Assembly (NCBI RefSeq): GCF_036321535.1
Contig: NC_087437.1
Coordinates: 80,292,001-80,356,000, forward strand
Direction of reading: 5' to 3'
DNA length: 64,000 nt
From: Camelus dromedarius
Lineage: Eukaryota
A model generated the notes under the pieces. It did no database searches. It was not told the DNA's origin and was given only the letters and a program-made list of their open reading frames with translations. Made by a program: the position numbers and the translations under genes. Of this stretch, positions 13,506 to 26,075 are shown one piece after another. Position 1 is the stretch's first letter. Each line of letters starts with the position of its first letter.

Positions 13506-14221
13506 TGCAGTAATGTGGAAATGTATCACATAAAGTTTGGGTAATTTTCACTACAATTAATGAAAATAAGTATAAATTGAAACCCACCCATACTTCCTTG
13601 AACACTTCTCTCAAGTTACCTGTGGTGTCGCAACACACCCTTGCTTTCAAATACAACCACTTGATCATTCTATCCTACTTCCTGAAACATATCTCAGTGG
13701 TATATCTGTTCATTCAAAATCCAAACACAGATGTGTAGTAGGTGATTATTACATACCAAACGTGGTCCTGGGATCTGGGGTCACAAAAATGAGTAAGATT
13801 TAGTACCTAACCATCATGGAATTCACATCGAGGCAGAGAGACGGACACAGCAACACAGCAACGTGGTAAATACAATGGGATCATGTATGATGGAGTCATT
13901 AACAAAGTACTATGGAAGCTCAGCTCTGAAACACATTTAGTTCTTTTCTGCAGAGCCTTGCTTGAGTAGCTATTCTGAAAATAGTTATTGATTGCTTCAT
14001 TGATTGAAATTCAAATAACTTAATTAAATACACCCATTTAACTCATTTAAGCAAATGAGTCAGCTAGAATCTTCAGAATACCTGGTCATACCAATCAACT
14101 TAATAGGTAGCAGGTGATTTTACTTCCAGTAACAAAACATGGAAAAACAGCAGGCAAGGGAAACATCAGTGTCTTGAGAGATAGGAATATTTTTAAACTT
14201 ATATTCTTTTCTGTGTTCAAA

Positions 14222-14370
14222 TCAGAGGTTCCCAAAATTTCATGTGCATAAAAATCATCTGAAAGATTTATTAAAAATGCAAATCCATTGGCTGTTAGTA
14301 GTCCACAGAAAAATGCAAATCCACTAGGTCTAGGGTGAGAACCTGGAATAAGCACCTGAAATTATTCAGA
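14222..14370. mobile_element. hAT-Charlie MITE, MER5A-like (partial)
   Basis: cagaggttcccaaaatttt...gcataaaaatcatctgaaagatttattaaaaatgcaaat...aggtctagggtgagaacctggaat. Confidence 0.65.
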
Positions 14371-15099
14371 TTAAAAAAAAAAAAGATTATCCCTTAAAAA
14401 TGATCTGAAGTAATTTAATAAACATATTTTGTGAAGATAGTATTCTACCACAATGATACCTTTTAAAATAGCACCCTAATTAAGGAAAACACTCTTAAAA
14501 AATACTCAAAGCAGAGAAAAATTAAATATATTTTCTGTTTAATAAAATGTCACTGTTGTATATACAGACTAAGATATTAATTAAAGAATATTCTATATAC
14601 CACTTTCATCCATAAACATTATAAACTCTGCTTACTCTGTCACTTGTTAAAGTGAAAATCAATAATGTGAAACTGGATTTTTCTGATCTGAGGTATAGCT
14701 CTAGGTTAACCTAAAATTTACTTTTGGAAGTAGCATTAATCAAATTCCTTGCAGATCTTCATGTGACAGGCACACCTCTTTTTACTGACTAATGAGCCAG
14801 AATCCTTCAAGCAGAAAGTTATGGAAAAATGAAATCTGTAATCAATTTTCAGGAACATATTGTTCTCCTTCTGACTGCGTCTAATCCACAAATTAAGACT
14901 TTCTTATGATAGCTGCAACACTTTTGAAAATTGGCCACAGTAAAGAGAAGGAAAAATATTTATGACAAAAGAAAATTTTCAAGTGGAAAATTGGTTCCAG
15001 CATGCAACAGTGTTAGTTGTGTTTTTTGCTATAAAATTTAGGTTTGTTACACAAGATTTGTAAATGCGTGTGCTTTTTTCCAGTGATCATGATATTGAG

Positions 15100-15285
15100 G
15101 AAACATAATGTACTGGACAAAAATTAATTAAGACCTGAGCTGTAGTCCCAGATCTCCCACAAATAAGCTTCACAATCTAGTTAAATGACATAACCCCCAT
15201 GAACTTCAGTTCCCACTTTTGCAAAATTCAGAGTACGAACACTATATGGTGTCTATTGTCCTTTCCAGTTCTATAATTCTAAAAA
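15100..15285 (+). mobile_element. MIR/MIR3 SINE
   Basis: aagacctgagctgtagtccc...cttcagttccc...gtcctttccagttcta. Confidence 0.55.
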
Positions 15286-15444
15286 TTAGGGGATATGGAT
15301 ATAAGAACAGTAATATAAATTTCAATCTCACAGAAGACTTTGTGTTGACATTAATTCACGTACATGATGTACTGGGAATGCTGTATTGCCACTGCCTAGC
15401 ATGGTCTTTGACTCATAAGTGCTCAATTAATATTTAGTAGGTAA

Positions 15445-16717
15445 GACACAATAAACCTCTTAAAAGAAAACATAGGCAAAACATTATCAGACATAAATCT
15501 TAGCAATGTACTCCTCGGGCAGTCTACCCTGGCAATAGAAATAAAAGCAAAAATTAACAAATGGGACCTAATTAAACTTATAAGCTTTGCACAGCAAAGC
15601 AAATCATAAGAAAAAGACAACCTACAGAATGGGAGAATATATTTGCAAAAGATGAAACTGACAAGGGCTTAATTTACAGAATATATAAACAGCTCATACA
15701 ACTTAATAATAAAATATATAAACAGCTCATACAACTTAAAAATAAAAAAAACAAAAAACCCAATCCAAAAATGAGCAGAAGACCTAAACAAGCAATTCTC
15801 CAGTGAAGATATACAAATGGCCAATAGGCACATGAAAAAAATGCTCAATATTGCAAATTATTAGAGAAATGCAAATCAAAACTACAATGAGGTATCACCT
15901 TGCACCAGTGAAAATGGCCATCATTAAAAAGTTCGCAAACAATAAATGCTGGAGAGGCTGTGGAGAAAGGGGAACCCTCCTACACTGTTGGTGGGAATGT
16001 AGTTTGGTGCAGAAATGAAAAACAGTATGGAGATTCCTCAAAAAACTAAAAATAACATTACCATATGATCCAGCAATCCCACTCCTAGGCACATATCCTG
16101 AAGGAACCTTAATTCAAAAAGATACATGCACCCCAATGTTCATAGCAGCACTATTTACAATAGCCAAGACATGGAAACAACCAAAATGTCCATTGACAGA
16201 TGACTGGATAAAGAAGTTGTGGTATAATTTATAAAATGGAATACTACTGGGCCATAAAAAAGAATGATGCCATTTGCAGCAACATGGATGGACCTTGAGA
16301 CTGTCATTCTAAGTGAAGTAAGCCAGAAAGAGAAAGACAAATACCATATATCACTTACATGTAGAATCTAAAAAAATGACACAAATGACCTTGTTTACAA
16401 AACAGAAAAAGATTCACAGACATAGAAAACAAACTTATGGTTACCAGTGGGGAAAGGGGGTGGGAAGGAATAAATTGGGAGTTCGAGACTTGCAGATACT
16501 AACTACTACATATAAAATAGATAAACAACAAGTTCATACTGTATAGTACATGGAACTACATGTGGTATCTTGTAGTAACCTACAGTGAAAAAGAATATTA
16601 AAATGAATATACGTATGTTCATGTATGACTGAAGCATTATGCTGTACACAGAAATTGGCATAACATTGTAAGCTGACTATACTTCAATTAAAAAAATACA
16701 TAAATATACAAAAAAAA
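15445..16717 (+). mobile_element. 5'-truncated LINE-1 (~1.27 kb): broken ORF2 C-terminus plus full 3'UTR, inserted into an L2 3' tail
   Basis: Continuous ORF2-like DNA (tgggacctaattaaact..., tgctggagaggctgtggagaaaggggaaccc), the 3'UTR and an A-tail; flanks rejoin as the L2 end gtgctcaattaatattt...ataaacaaatgaa. Confidence 0.93.
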
Positions 16718-17297
16718 TTGTAGATAAACAAATGAACTAACCTGTGAAATTACACAGAATAAGAAATATGGTTCAGTAGTTTAATTTATCTAAGCCTCTA
16801 TAAAATTTAGCATACTAAATCTTGGTCAGCCAATTAATGAACATGCATTTTGATCTATTGTGAAGAGAGGCTATAAAAGAATCAAAAGTTTCTAGTTGAG
16901 GAGATGAATGTCCACACACATTAAATGATACGAAGTAGGTACTGTAGACACATGCAGGTATCGACTATCGACTATCGGTAACATGATCATCAACCTGGGT
17001 ACAAAGGAAAGTAGAGAACAAGATCTGGTAAAAGCTTCCTGAGGGCGGAAGTGGGTTGAGATCTTAAACCAGGTAAGGTTGATGGGTTGGCAGGTGAGGG
17101 GTTGGTCAAAAGGGGTAAAAAACAGAAAAGAGAAAGTCATTTTAGTGATAGAGCAAGCAGATTCACTTTACTAGGAACAAGATCTGAAGACAAATGAGGC
17201 TAATGGGTGGTTGGAGATTGTTGATGGGGGAATTACAATGCTTGACAATTTATCATCATTTTTTCATCAGGAACAGGAAGGGTAGAAAAGATGTTCT

Positions 17298-17631
17298 TAG
17301 ATCTGCAATGTCCTATATGGAAGCTACTGACATGTGGCTATTGAGCACCTAAAATGCAACTAGTCCAAACAGAGATGTGCTGTTAGTGTGAAAATACATG
17401 CCAGATTTAAACAGCTTGGGACCAGAAAAATGGGAATGTAAAACATTCCATGAATATATTTTTTTATTATTACATGTTGAAATAATAATATTTGGGATAT
17501 AGTGGGTTCAATAAAATGCATTGTTTAAATTAATTTCACCTGTTTCTTTGTATTCTTTTAAGATGGCTACTAAAAGATTTTAATTACATCTGTGATTCAT
17601 ATCACGTTTCTATGGGACAGCACTGCTCTAG
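17298..17631. mobile_element. hAT-Charlie MITE, MER33-like
   Basis: catgtggctattgagcac...gagatgtgctgttagtgtgaaaatacatgccagattt...gggacagcactgctctaga; ~330 bp; homologous to 32531-32871. Confidence 0.8.
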
Positions 17632-19889
17632 AAGGATTTTTCCAGCAGCAGTCATCAGTAGCATATTGTACTGTTAAGCAAAGAAAATTCAAGGGATCAG
17701 CTAAAAGGTGAAATTCCAGGGATAGCTAAATTAACAACACAGTAGAAAAGGAATTATATATTCACAGAAAAATTAATATATTAAAAGTTTCTAATCTGGA
17801 ATGTCACCATGATTATAAAACACATAAATTAAATAAAATTTAAAACTCTGAGTTTTCTGCCTAATATAGAAGTTGTCCTCAATAATTGTATTGCTTTTCA
17901 GCTTTTATAACTTGGAATGTGAGAGCTCTCAGTGACCCCATATGCCTGCTGATCTCAAGCCTGGGCAGATGATCTCAAGGCTTATCTGACAGCTTCTTAA
18001 AGGATTTCAAAGCCAGTTAATTTGGCAGCCTCAAAATTTAACAATCCATGGTGCCTACCAAGTGCTCAATAAATATTTAGTGAATGGGTGGAGAATATCA
18101 CACCCAAAATTATGACTACACACAGGAGGCTAAACATCAGGTTTTCCATAAAATCTGCCCCTCCAGAAAGTGAAATGTAGCAATAAGACCCCTAGTGTTC
18201 AAAAGAGTACCACATATGTTAGTAAATTCTAGAAAACATTCATATTTCACTATGTACAATCAGATTTTTTAAGAGTTTAATATGAAATAGAGCTGATTAT
18301 ACTCTATGAAAGCAAACACTGTATTTGTAGAATACTTCTTTTCTTTTTTATTTAAAAAAGAGAGAGAAATCCTATAAAGATTTTTACTGGACTATTCTGG
18401 TAAATAAAATACCATCAAGCAGTTTACCATTCTCCCACCTCAAAATCTTCTGTATTTTGTTTACTTAATCCTATTTTAATTAATATAGCTTGGTATTGGA
18501 ATGGAAATTCTGGGGAAATTCCAAGTAGCACTGGGAAATGGTGTGATGTAATTCCTTCTTTTCCTGTTTCCGTTTTGAGCCAGTATAACATCAGGGTGAG
18601 GCGAATCTCTTGGCTAAATGGTTTTCAGCTGGTTGGACCTCACAGGCCCTGGAGATTCCATGATGCTGCCAATTCTGGGAGCTGCTTATTCCAATCCCTT
18701 GCCGCAAATATCCCTCCTCTCCCTAGTAATTCTGTGCCACCTGGTTGGGATAATGAGAGTAATGCCACCAGGCTTCACAAGCCAGGCAGTGACCAGCATA
18801 AAAAGTTGGTTGTCTCTCTGCCCCGGCTGCTCTGGTTCATCCACCAACAGGAATTCCCACTGATGCTCTGCTTGCCAGGTACAGCACCTCTCCTGATTTC
18901 ACAACAGAAGTTGTGTTTCCTACCAACTGCATCTAGAAATCCACTGATCTTGCTTTCATTTTTCTTTTTCTCATCCTCTCCTCCACTACCATAATTGGAC
19001 AATAAAACACTCTTTCACATTTACCCACTCTTTCTCATCTTTACAAAAATAATGTCCAGGGGAAATTCACCATACTAGCTCAGCTTTTCAAGACTATAGC
19101 CTAACAATAATTATTAATAGCCTGACTTGATTCATTGTGACAGTCCAAGACTATTTTGGTTCTCAGATCATTAGATCCCCTTGACCTGCATCTGCATGAA
19201 AGTTCTCGCAAAAGTCTCACTGCAGCCTGGATACTACCAACTACAGAACTACATCCTCACAGCGTCTAAATTCTCCATAATCTCTAAGCTCCTAATGGTC
19301 TTTCTTTTAAATGAAATTCCATTTCTTCTCAAAGCACACCGTTTCTTCCAGTCTTACTCCAATTATGGATTCCCTGTCTATTTGAGCAATTCACAGGGAA
19401 ACAAAACTCATGGTACTGTGATGGCCCTACATTCTGAGCTTGAATTGGCCAACAAGTTAGAAACAAAAACTTCCTTGTTAATACGTTCTTTTCTTTCTAG
19501 TTAAAAAAAATTTAAGTAATAGCATGGAAAGGATTTAAAAATCTTAGCAAAAATTTTACCCAAAATAAACTACATAGCAAAGTTGTTCCCTTCTATTAAG
19601 AAAAAAAAGGGGGGGGATGCTTTTCATCAAAAAGAGGAAGTAATTTTACACAGTGTTAGGAAATCTTTCTACCTTCTCAAATGTAAATGTTTCTAAGATA
19701 AAGTTTTAAGTAGAAAGGAAAAGAGGATTAGAAAGAGGTCTAGTAAAGTTTTAACGTTGGGGTACAAGGTTTACAAGTATGGTCTGGAAACCTTGTGGTG
19801 ACTTCACTGAGATCCTTAAAAATGCAACTTTTTAGACTTCAGTCTGCTCTAAAATATGTAAAATTCATCAACTGCCTAAAATCCTCTCC

Positions 19890-20077
19890 AGAAAAATGTG
19901 AGGATACAGAGAGTAGGCAGCCTTCTACCAGCTAGGAAAAAGGCCCTCACAAGAACTTATCCATGCTAGCACCCCGATCTTGGACTTCACAGGCTCTGAA
20001 TTGTAAGAAATAAATGTCTGCTGTTTAAGTCACCCAGTCTATGGCATTTTGTTAAAGTAGTCTGAGCTGCTGAAGAC
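19890..20077 (+). mobile_element. 3' half of MLT1A/MST-type MaLR LTR
   Basis: tgtgaggatacagagag...atcttggacttc...gtaagaaataaatgtctgctgtttaagtcacccagtctatggcattttgtta. Confidence 0.8.
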
Positions 20078-20739
20078 CCCTGGTACTCAATGTTTTTGCA
20101 GTAGACCCCAAGCACCTATGGAGCCATTGATCCTGTTCCACCTCCAGCAGCATTGGCCCATTCTATCTGATTGGGTTCCTACCTCTGCTTCCCTAAATCC
20201 CAGTTTACTCCTCTGCTAACAGGACAAAAGCTTTGCCTTAACTGACTGCTGAGACCTGGTACTTTGTCCAGCTCTTACAGATTTCTTCACTCTCAGCTGC
20301 TGGTGAATGGCCATATTTTCTGGAACCTCAGTGGTTCACCTGACTCCAATACTCATCTGCCACCTGCATTTCTGCTAATATCTCTGCCTGCTGGACGGGA
20401 CCTACTGACTTTTCAGTAATGGTCAGATGGGACCATTCTCGAGTTCTGCATTTCCCTTTGCCTGACATCTGACTGTCTATAACTTAATCTTCTTTTAATC
20501 TGCCCCACAATTTTTCTTTATCTCTTCTGGCCTATATTGTTCAATACACCTGGTTCTGAATGCTCAGTCCACAGTATAAACAGGATAAAACACAGAAAGC
20601 TCTTACTTGTCTCTAGCATGATGGTCTTGCTGGCGTTAAATATATGTTTTTCAACACAGAAAAATATAGTAAGAATTTTTAATAGGTGTAATATAATAAT
20701 GATAATGATGATAAATATCTGTAAGATAACTAGATGATC

Positions 20740-20950
20740 ATATATGGGTACTTAGTGCCTGGAATTATGCTATTTTATATACATTAACTAGTTAATTCTT
20801 AGGTTTTATTACCCCAACTGATATCAGAGGAAACTGAGCCTTGGAAGAGTTGAGGGAGGTCCCCAAGATTAATACCTAGTACCTGGTGGAGCTGAGATTC
20901 CCATCTAGACCTGGCTCCAGGGCCTCAGCTCTGAGCAAATCGCCACATGG
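20740..20950 (-). mobile_element. MIR SINE
   Basis: cagaggaaactgagcc...cccaagatt...ctagtacctggtggagctgagattc. Confidence 0.7.
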
Positions 20951-21453
20951 CCTGTTTAACCTCCGAAGAGTTTGATGCTGAAATTATGACCCACTCTTGC
21001 TTTGTTGTAATTGTTCAATGGTAGAAAAACCTTAACAGAATGTTGCCTAAAATACCTTTTAACCCCAAGAATCTAAAATCCTAATATTCATCCTGAGACT
21101 ATGAAACAAAGCAGTAATTAGCCTGTTGGCATCCTTAGGAAATAAAATATTTGACATGCACGTTCATTTTATAAAGTTTAAAGTGTAGCAAATGCATCAG
21201 TTTCTCAATTTGTGTAGTTCTTTGTAATGAAAACCTTTGAAAAAGTATGACATAATTCCTGATTACTTCTAGGAACAACTCGAAGAAATTTTTGTTTTTT
21301 CTATGTTTTCCTCTAGCAATATCCCTCCAATTTACGACTTTTAATTTATGCATATTATAAAAGCAGTGATGCTTATTTATTTGACCTGTGGTAAAATAAG
21401 AGTGAATGGGCTCAGAAAGTATTCAGGAACTCCATTCATAAAAAAATACAGAA

Positions 21454-22607
21454 CTTGTAGAATATGAGTTGACTGTAAATGCATGGATTTATTTCTGGAC
21501 TCTCTACTCTGTTCCATTGATCTATGTGTCTTTTTTATGCCAATATTATAATGCTTGTAATATATTTTGAAATCAGGGAATTTAATGTCTCCAGTTTTGT
21601 TCTTCTTTCTCAAGATTACTTTGGCTATTTAGTGTATTTTTGTAGTTTTGTATGAATTTTAGGATTACTTTTTATATTTCTGTGAAAAATGCCATTGAAA
21701 TTTTGCTAGAGATTGCATTCGGTCTGTATATCACTTTGTGTAGTATGGGCATTTTAACAATATATATTCCTTCAATCCATGAACACAAACTATCCTTTCG
21801 TTTAATTGTGTCTTCTTCAGTATCTTTCATCAGTGTCTCATAGGTCTTAGCGTAGAGATTTTTCACCTATTTGGTCATATTTACTCCTAAGTATTTTATT
21901 GTTTTTGATGCTGCTATAAACAGGATTGTTTTCTTAATTTCATTTTCAGGTAGTTTGTTGGTAGTGTATAGAAATGCAACTGATTTTTGTATGTTGATTT
22001 TGTAGCCTTCAACTTTCTTAAATTATTTTATTAGTTCTAACAGTTTTTTGATGAAATCTTGAGGGTTTTCTATAAGTAAGAGCATGTCATCTGCAAAGAC
22101 AATTTTATTTTTTCCTTTTTAATTTGGATTTTTTTTCTTGCCTAATTGCTTTAGTTAGGACTTCTAATTCTCTGCTGAGTAGAAGTGAAAGTGAGTATCA
22201 TTGTCTTGTGTCTAATCTTAGACAAAAGCTTTTAGCTTTTCATCATTGAGTATGATGTAATCTGTGGGCTTTTCATATGGACTTTATTATACTGAGGTAC
22301 ATTCCTTTCAAAGCTAATTTGTTGAGAGTTGTCATCATTAAAAGATGTTGAATTTGCTCAAATGTATCTACTGAGATGATCATATGATTTTTATTCTTTT
22401 TTCTACAAATGTGACGTATCATATTTACTGATATGCCTAGGTTGAACAATCGTTGCATCCCAGGAATAAATCTCATTTGATCATGGTATATGATCCTTTT
22501 AATGTGGCTGTTGAATTCAGTTTGCTAGTATTTTGTTGAGGATTTCTGCATCTATATTATTCAGGGACATTGACATGTAATATTCTTTTTTTTTTTTTAG
22601 TGTCCTT
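21454..22607 (-). mobile_element. Inverted 5' segment of an L1MA-type element (ORF2 RT region, decayed)
   Basis: Minus-strand ORFs 22273-22476 (FIPGMQ...KNHMIIS), 21672-21866 (SWIEGIYIVKMPIL) and 21377-21613 (KKNKTGDIKFPDFKIYYK) are L1 ORF2. Confidence 0.92.
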
Positions 22608-24010
22608 CAATAAGGGTGCCAAGAACATACAATGGGGAAAGGATAGTCTCTTCAATAAATGGTGTTGGCGAAACTAGATAGTCACATGTAGAAGAATGAT
22701 ATTGGGCTTTTACCACACAATGTGTACAAAAATCAACACAAAATGGATTAAGTACTTCATATTAAGACCTGAAACTCTAAAAATGCTTCTGCATAGCAAA
22801 AGGAATAATCAACAAAATGAAGAGACAACCTGTGGAATGGGAGAAAACATTTTTAAACTGTACATCTGATAGAGAGTTAACATCCAAAATATATAAGGAA
22901 ATCCTAAAACTCAATAACATAAATAAATAAATAAATAAATAATCAATCCAATTTTTTAAAAATGAGCAAAGGACCTAAACACATATTTCTCAGAAGAAGA
23001 CCTACAAATAGGAAACAAGTATATGAAAAGGTGCTCAACATTACGAATCACCAGGGAAATGCAAATCAAAACCACAGTGACATACCACCTCACACCTGTC
23101 AGAATGGCTGTTACCAAAAAGACGAAAGATAACAAGCATTGGTAAGAAGTGGAGAAAAAGAAACCCTTTTACGCTGTTGGGAAGGTAAATTGGTACATCC
23201 ATTATGAAAAACAGTATGTTAATATTTGCAAATCTCAGATTCCCAATTTATCCCTTCCCATCCTCTTTCCCCAGAAATTGACACATTGCAAACTGACTGG
23301 ACTTCAATTTTTTAAAAAAAAGTATGGAATTTCCTTAAAAAACTAAAAATAGAACTCCTATATAATTCAGTAATCCCACTTCTAGGTATTACCCATAGGA
23401 AATAAAATCAGTATCTCAAAGAAATATCTGTATTCCCATGTTCATTGCAACATTATTCTCAATAACCACAATATAGAAACAGCATGTGTCCATTGTCCAT
23501 CAATAGACAAATGGAAAAAGAAAATGTGAATATACATACAGAATATATAGATATAGATACAAACACAAAATGAAATATTATTTGGGCATAAAAAAGGAAA
23601 GCCTGCCATTTGAAACGACATTGATAAACCTGGGAGACATTACGCTAAATGAAATGAGACAAACACAGAAAGACAAACACTGCAACATCTCACTTGTATA
23701 TGGAATCTAAGAGCTTGAACTCAGGAAAGCAGAGGAGAACAGTGGCTGCCAGGGACTAGGGGAAGAAGCAGTAAAGGAAATGTGGAGATGTTGGTCAAAG
23801 GGTCCAAAGTTTCAGTTATGCAGGAAGTAGTTCTGGAGACCTAATGAATAGCAATGGTGACAATAGTTAATAATGCTATATTTTTTACTTGAAATTTGCT
23901 AAGAGAGTAGACATTAAGTATTCTCACCACACAAAAAAAAAAAAGGTAACCATGAGAGATGATAAATATGTTGATTAGCTAGATTATTGTAGTTAAAATA
24001 TATGTATTTC
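22605..24010 (+). mobile_element. Sense 3' segment of the same L1MA-type element (ORF2 end plus 3'UTR)
   Basis: Begins at [21 protein letters not shown], the ORF2 position where the inverted segment ends; 3'UTR gaaatttgctaagagagtagac...ttctcaccacac is L1MA8/9-like. Confidence 0.9.
23219..23320 (+). mobile_element. Tiny young L1 insertion with 5' inversion, nested in the older L1
   Basis: 23219-23273 is the reverse complement of the young 3'UTR block (ggggaaag...gggaagggataaattggga...gagatttgc); 23271-23320 is the sense 3' tip plus A-tail; flanked by AAAAACAGTATG / AAAAAAAGTATG. Confidence 0.88.
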
Positions 24011-24369
24011 TAAATATATATAATTTATATATATTTAGATGGCACCCAATCTGCCACTGCTGCCTGAACCCCTGCAGGTGCCAAAGTATTCCTTTCTGAT
24101 CATGAAGCTTAGGATCTACTTCTTTCTTTAACCAAAAGGCTGAAAATTGCCAGAATGTCATTTGGGTGGTGTGGAAATAAAGCAGAGTTTGTCACTTGAT
24201 TGTCTAAATCAGGAAAGAGACTATTTATTGAGACCAAATATTTATGTGGCATTTCCTACATGCCAGGCTTTCTTCTAAGCACTGTAACGTAGCAAAACTA
24301 GGAACGAAACTAGGAGAGACCTTGGATGAATACTCAAACATTTATGATAAAGATATAGACCCTAAGCCA

Positions 24370-24535
24370 GAATAAACCTCAGAGATCACCTGTTTAGAAC
24401 CCTGCCAGCAAAAGCACTTTATGCACAGGACAACTAGAGCCAAGAGGGGACTGTAACTTCTCAGGCCCTCTGAGATGAAGTGGGAGCCAGAACTCTGGTC
24501 TTTGGCCTCTTAGTGAAGTGGTTTTCCCTCTACAT
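24370..24535 (-). mobile_element. MIR SINE fragment
   Basis: ctcagagatcacctg...ttttatgcacaggacaactagagcc...ggagccagaactctggtct. Confidence 0.5.
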
Positions 24536-25560
24536 ACAACCATTCCTTATGGATTTATAGTTTTCCAGAGGCGACAGAAATGTGTAAGGTCACCTACATA
24601 GTGGTTGTTTAGGTATATCCAATTTACATAAATGACATGCTTTCAATAACTCACTGCTACTTTACTCCACCTCTCTCTCTCCTACTATCTAGGAACTCAC
24701 CTGAAGGTCATGATGCAGCAGCTGAGAATTGCTCCCCTGGACCATACTCTACAAGCTGCTCTACACACTACTTCCTTTAAAGAGGAAGAATTAAAGCCCT
24801 CCCTCTCCCAGCCTGCATTAAGAACAGGATGACCCTCGGTCTTTGTCTGCAATGACGAACTCTATCAACAGCTTTAAAGAGACACTCTGTGACCCAAAGT
24901 CAAAAGGCTGAGATGGACAACTCACTGGAGGATACTTTCCTGAAATCCTCAGAAAAGGCTGGGGCTACAGGTGGGAGAAACTTCTCTAACCCAAAGTCGC
25001 TCTGGAAAACGTCCCCATGCCACCCTGACAAAGCTCTAGAAGTCCCTCTTCTCTGCCCATACTGTACTGCCTACCCTGAAATCATAGGCTGTGAATGAGG
25101 ATGATCTCATCATTGGGTCAAGTTCAGAAAGACACTGATTCCTAATGAGTGATGTTCCCAGCTTACATGTTTGATATTTTTCTATTTATTTTTAACAATA
25201 ACCACACAATTGAAAGGGAGCTGCAAAGATGATATAACAAAACACGTTCCCTTCCTCAGTTATTAAATTTGTTTTACAGCTACATTTGTATTTATAGCTT
25301 AATCAGTTCTTTAAAATACTGACACATGCAAATTGCATTATTAACTCAGCTAGAAGGAGATTTCATTAATCATGAGTGATTTTGATTAAAAGCTGTGTGG
25401 TCTCCTGAATGGACTTTAAAAAATAAAATGAAACCAAATCTCATGGCCTTCCTAAAGATGAAACCCATATAAAAATTTCTCTTCCAAAGCTTAGTGGACT
25501 CCAGCAACCATAAATGAAAGCTTTCTTCACTGGAAAAAAACCAAATGTGGAGAAAATCGC

Positions 25561-26075
25561 CTGTGTCAGTCAGAATTCAGCCAGGAAATCAGAAACCATG
25601 CTAAGTCTTTTAACCAGGAATGGATTCAGTATAAGGAAGTAGGAGCTTATAAAACTATTGGAAAGATTGGAGGAGCAAAAATCAGGAGGAGCTGTCAGAA
25701 GTTTCAAGTTTGTGGCCACAAAGAGAAGGGAAACTGCTGCCCCCCAAAATCAGAACCATGCGAACAGCTGCTGCTAACTTCTCAGCCTCATGTGGCTGCT
25801 AAGTGGGTAAGATGGTAACCACTCGCATCTGGACATTCAGGGAGTCTACTCATCAATCCACCACCACTGCCAGGGTGCAGGAAAAAAGTCTGCCCCCTCC
25901 CCCCTCCACCTCTGGGATCCTATAGAAGAGCATCTCACTGGAGGAGTCCTGCCCATTTGGAACCCTACTATCAAAATCGTCCAAGAAACACAGTTCTGAA
26001 GTTTCCTCCTACAGCATTATGGGGGAGGATTTATAAGGGATGGAAGAGGGCAAGTGCCAGCAGAAAATTCTGATA
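25561..26075. mobile_element. Ancient ERVL/MaLR-type solo LTR
   Basis: Start tgtgtcagtcagaattcagccaggaaatcagaaaccatgctaag resembles old MLT1-type LTR termini; subfamily uncertain. Confidence 0.5.

Noticed and set aside
16959..16977. TATCGAC tandem repeat with three CpGs
   Set aside because: Fewer than three units of a 7-mer; a trivial local duplication.
18575..18994. Longest ORF (139 aa) in non-repetitive DNA
   Set aside because: Non-ATG start, no recognisable domain and no convincing flanking splice pair; the region could be regulatory but I have no support for that.
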